Shown here piece after piece: positions 60,748-64,000 of a stretch of 64,000 nt of DNA. The stretch covers positions 3,675 through 67,674 of the forward strand of contig CAJWPI010000005.1 in the NCBI GenBank assembly GCA_913045055.1. The letters are read 5' to 3'. Under the pieces are notes generated by a model. That model searched no databases. It saw only the letters and a program-made list of their open reading frames with translations, and was not told the DNA's origin. Every line of letters starts with the position of its first letter. Position 1 is the stretch's first letter. This DNA comes from an uncultured Gammaproteobacteria bacterium (GTDB lineage Bacteria; Pseudomonadota; Gammaproteobacteria; Magnimaribacterales; Magnimaribacteraceae). The position numbers and the translations under genes are program-made.

Positions 60748-60764
60748 TGCAAGTTATATGCCAG
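60748..60764 (-). promoter_or_regulatory. Sigma-54 (-24/-12) promoter of glnII-glnK-amtB
   Basis: Minus strand CTGGCATATAACTTGCA against consensus YTGGCAC-N5-TTGCW, with exact GG-N10-GC spacing, 44 nt upstream of the ATG. Confidence 0.8.
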
Positions 60765-60802
60765 GATATTTTAATGAACCTTTAATGAAATAAAATAAGA
60801 TA

Positions 60803-60849
60803 GTGTCTAACTTGATGCAGAGAAGATAAAAATGCACCAAAAAGGGTCA
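60803..60849. promoter_or_regulatory. Putative tandem NtrC-type enhancer sites
   Basis: TGCACCAAAAAGGGTCA (60833-60849) and weaker GTGTCTAACTTGATGCA (60803-60819) against TGCACCA-N3-TGGTGCA; 30 bp apart, upstream of the sigma-54 site. Confidence 0.55.
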
Positions 60850-60862
60850 GAAAAAGTTAGAT

Positions 60863-62158
60863 TTAAGTGGTTTTTAGAAAATTATTATCTAGATATGGGG
60901 CAAGATGCGACAGGATTTTTTGTAATGCCCCTTTATTCTTTTTTGTAACCAACAAAGATGCCTCTCCTAATCTCTGTATTTCAGCTTCGTTATTTAAGAG
61001 ATCTAAACAATAATTGGTTATATCCTTTGAAGTATAAATTATTTTTAAAGCTTCTGCTTTCTCTAGTTCCATAGCTACATCTTCAAAGTTCCTTAAATTT
61101 GGACCTGAACAAATTGGCTTACCTAAAGACGCTGGTTCAATAATATTTTGTCCTCCATGATCTATTAAACTTCCACCAACAAAGGCAATATCAGAAACTG
61201 AATAAAGTAGATTTAGCTCCCCCATTGTGTCACCTAATAAAACTTCAATGTTAGAATCTACTTGATCTTTTTTAGATCTCCTAGCTACCTTAAAATTCTT
61301 TTTAAGAATTAGATTGTACACTTGGGAGAATCTTTCTGGATGTCGAGGACAAATTATAAGAAGGGCATTATTCATACTCCTTAATAACTCTGAAAAGGAT
61401 TCAAGTATTATTTCTTCTTCAGTCTCATGAGTGCTAGCAGCAATCAATATAGGTCGATTTTCTCCTTCAATAGACCAACTGTCTTTAATAGTGTTTGATA
61501 TATTTGCAAGCTCACTAGGAATTTCGATTTCATACTTCAAATTACCACTTAACTTAATATCCTTTTCTTTAATAAGCTCATTAAATCTTTTCTTATCTGA
61601 GTTATATTGAGCAACAAGAAGGTCTATTTTATCTAGTGACGGGTTAATTAATGATTTGATATTAAGATAATTTTTTTTAGATTTCTCTGAAAGCCTAGCA
61701 TTAATAATTCCTATAAAAATTTCCCTCTTATTGCATTCATGTATGATATTAGGCCATATTTCGGTTTCTAATATTAATAAAGCTTTTGGCTTCCAGAAAT
61801 TGAGAAATTTCTTAATGCAATAAGGCAAGTCTATAGGAATATACTGATGCTTTATCCTATTCCCCATCGTCCTTCTTAACATTTCTGAGCCAGTAGGTGT
61901 TGTTGTTGTTACTAATAGATCTAAGTTCTGATAGGTATCCAATAAACTCCTTAGAAGAGGTAAAGAAGCATTAACTTCACCTACAGAAACAGCATGTACC
62001 CATAAAACATCCTTTTGACTTGATAGGTTTTTAACAAAGCCTAAGCGTTCAGGCCATCTTTTGAGATAATCAATGTTTTTAATACCTTTCCAGGCTAACC
62101 TCAAAAAGTAAAAAGGGCTAATAAAATAAAATAAGGCCGTGTAGATAAGTCTCGGCAT
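60863..62158 (-). CDS. waaA: 3-deoxy-D-manno-octulosonic-acid transferase
   Basis: WVHAVSVGE, TTTTPTG, ETEIWP, NARLS, ASTH..EE, PRHPER, GGSL..GGQN..EPA. Confidence 0.96.
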   Translation of the reverse strand: MPRLIYTALFYFISPFYFLRLAWKGIKNIDYLKRWPERLGFVKNLSSQKDVLWVHAVSVGEVNASLPLLRSLLDTYQNLDLLVTTTTPTGSEMLRRTMGNRIKHQYIPIDLPYCIKKFLNFWKPKALLILETEIWPNIIHECNKREIFIGIINARLSEKSKKNYLNIKSLINPSLDKIDLLVAQYNSDKKRFNELIKEKDIKLSGNLKYEIEIPSELANISNTIKDSWSIEGENRPILIAASTHETEEEIILESFSELLRSMNNALLIICPRHPERFSQVYNLILKKNFKVARRSKKDQVDSNIEVLLGDTMGELNLLYSVSDIAFVGGSLIDHGGQNIIEPASLGKPICSGPNLRNFEDVAMELEKAEALKIIYTSKDITNYCLDLLNNEAEIQRLGEASLLVTKKNKGALQKILSHLAPYLDNNFLKTT

Positions 62159-62214
62159 ATGGCTATGCTAACATATGATTTTCAATGAATTATATAAAAC
62201 TCTAGTGAGGATAA

Positions 62215-63174
62215 ATGATAGTAGTTACAGGAAGTAATGGTTTTATAGGGAGTAACCTTATACACCAATTAAATCAGCAGGGTTCTACGAACATACTTGC
62301 AGTAGACGATCTTTCTAAAAAGGATCGAAAAAAAAATATAAAAAATTGTGAAATTAAAGAATTAATGGACTCTAACGACTTTTATTCATCTCTAGAAACT
62401 AACTTATTGCAGAAAAAAAAGGTTAAAACTATATTTCACCAGGGTGCCTGCTCAGACACTCTGGAGTGGGATGCATCTTTTATTCTGAGGAATAATTATT
62501 ACCTTTCAAAAAAACTTCTTTTCCATGCCCAAAATAATGCTATTCCTTTCATCTATGCTTCATCTGCTTCAGTTTATGGAAATGGTAAAAATTTCGTAGA
62601 GGATAAAAAGAATGAAGATCCTATAAATCTTTATGCATATTCAAAGTATCTATTCGATCAGTATGTAAGAAGTAAGCTAAGTAAAAACTCAAATCAGATA
62701 GTGGGCCTAAGATACTTTAATGTCTATGGACCAAATGAATCTCATAAAGAGAGAATGGCAAGCGTAGCTTATCACTTGAATGAACAACTTAAAGAAGGGG
62801 AGAGAGTCAAACTTTTTGAAGGATCAGATGGATATGCAGCAGGGGAACAGAGAAGAGATTTTGTTTTTGTTAACGATGTAGTTAAGGTCAATCTCTGGTT
62901 CATGAAGAACTCAAATATTTCTGGTATTTTTAATGTCGGAACAGGTAAAAGCCAAACATTTAACGAAGTTGCTAATTCAGTAATAGATTGGAACAAGAGA
63001 GGTGTAGTTAAATTTATACCTTTCCCTGAAAAGTTAAGAAATTCTTATCAAAGTTTTACTGAAGCAGATATCTCTAAATTAAGAAAAGTTGGCTATACCG
63101 AAGATTTTTCTAATATTCAGGAAGGAATAAAACTTTATCTAGATTCAAAAATTACTTGGCCTAGTAATGAATAA
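62215..63174 (+). CDS. rfaD: ADP-L-glycero-D-manno-heptose 6-epimerase
   Basis: TGSNGFIGSN, FHQGACSDT, YASSASVYG, YAYSK, RYFNVYGPNE.HK..MAS, YQSFTEAD. Confidence 0.96.
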   Translation: MIVVTGSNGFIGSNLIHQLNQQGSTNILAVDDLSKKDRKKNIKNCEIKELMDSNDFYSSLETNLLQKKKVKTIFHQGACSDTLEWDASFILRNNYYLSKKLLFHAQNNAIPFIYASSASVYGNGKNFVEDKKNEDPINLYAYSKYLFDQYVRSKLSKNSNQIVGLRYFNVYGPNESHKERMASVAYHLNEQLKEGERVKLFEGSDGYAAGEQRRDFVFVNDVVKVNLWFMKNSNISGIFNVGTGKSQTFNEVANSVIDWNKRGVVKFIPFPEKLRNSYQSFTEADISKLRKVGYTEDFSNIQEGIKLYLDSKITWPSNE

Positions 63175-64000
63175 TAAAAAAAAGAATCCATACAATTCTG
63201 AAGAAATTTTTAGTATAGGTTTATTGAATCCAAAATATCTATTTACTTGGGTTGGTTTGTTCTTTCTTTTTCCTGTAACAAAACTACCTGTATCTCTAAT
63301 TCATAAATTAGGAGATATGCTTGGCTTTATTTTTTTTGTAGTCAGCAAGGAGAGAAAAAGAATAGCCTTAATCAATCTTAAACTTTGTTTTCCAAAGTTA
63401 GAAGAACAAGAAATTAATAAGTTGTTAAAAGAAAATTTTAAAAATTTAGGTAAAGGCATATTGGAGATGGGTATTGCTTGGTGGTCAAACCAAACCAGGC
63501 TACAAAATCTTATTACTGATTATTCCAACAAAGAATTTTTAAAAAAACCAAGTAAAAATAATGGAGGGTTATTAGTTTTAATTAAGCATTCTACCCACTT
63601 AGAGCTTGATTTAAGGCTAATTGCAAGCGTTTGTGAAATGGGCGGAATGTATAGACCACAAAAAAATTTAGTCATAAATTATTTTATGAGAAAATCCAGA
63701 AACTCCTATCTAAAAGGGGTCGTTTCAAACTCACAAGCCAGAAAAGGTATTGTATGGATAAAGAGAGGTCTAAAATTCTTTTATGCTGCTGATCAAGACT
63801 ATGGAAATAAAGTATCAGAATATATCCCGTTCTTTGGTCATGAAGCAGCTACAGTTAAATTACCAGGTGACCTAGCTACTAGTGGACTTGAAATTATTTT
63901 TGCTAATGTAAAAAGAAGTAAATTTGGATACGCAATACATTTACATAAATTTAAGCAAACTTCTTCTAGAAAAGAATTCCTCATCCAAATGAATGAATAC
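63167..64000 (+). CDS. Lipid A late acyltransferase (LpxL/HtrB family), 3' end outside the window
   Basis: Not in the ORF track. Open frame from ATG 63167: PKYLFTW, NLKLCFP, EMGIAWW, H-x4-E motif HSTHLE, YRPQKN, YAADQDYG, PFFG. Confidence 0.88.
   Translation, partial: MNNKKKNPYNSEEIFSIGLLNPKYLFTWVGLFFLFPVTKLPVSLIHKLGDMLGFIFFVVSKERKRIALINLKLCFPKLEEQEINKLLKENFKNLGKGILEMGIAWWSNQTRLQNLITDYSNKEFLKKPSKNNGGLLVLIKHSTHLELDLRLIASVCEMGGMYRPQKNLVINYFMRKSRNSYLKGVVSNSQARKGIVWIKRGLKFFYAADQDYGNKVSEYIPFFGHEAATVKLPGDLATSGLEIIFANVKRSKFGYAIHLHKFKQTSSRKEFLIQMNEY

Overview
A gene-dense, AT-rich 64 kb stretch of bacterial core chromosome with very short intergenic gaps. Gene order is Pseudomonas/Cellvibrio-like (gyrA-serC-pheA-hisC-tyrA-aroA-cmk-rpsA-ihfB-lapA-pyrF; ubiG-HAD-yciK; scpA-scpB-rluB; xseB-ispA-dxs; glyA-nrdR-ribD-ribB-ribH-nusB; miaA-hflXKC-hisZ-purA). 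This suggests a streamlined gammaproteobacterium, probably marine and SAR86-like (inference). I saw no rRNA, tRNA, CRISPR, IS or prophage. The left edge enters a nonulosonic-acid (ptmE/F/B/A-like) glycan locus and the right edge is LPS genes (waaA, rfaD, partial lpxL). The most notable observations are: (1) a co-oriented block at 28.2-36.5 kb with an RND adaptor that has lost its alpha-helical hairpin, an RND pump with a variant proton relay and no outer-membrane channel gene, a quinohemoprotein PQQ dehydrogenase and a Cys-rich TonB receptor that may import PQQ; (2) a wHTH protein with three ungapped 73-aa DnaT-like repeats; (3) a type II glutamine synthetase heading a glnII-glnK-amtB operon, with a near-consensus sigma-54 promoter and NtrC-like sites; (4) a PheA with a degenerate chorismate mutase active site and an altered ESRP motif; (5) clean absence of hfq, riboflavin synthase and lapB from their usual operon positions, plus a probable ~7.2 kb inversion separating nusB from thiL. 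All product calls come from motif recognition and synteny, not database searches.
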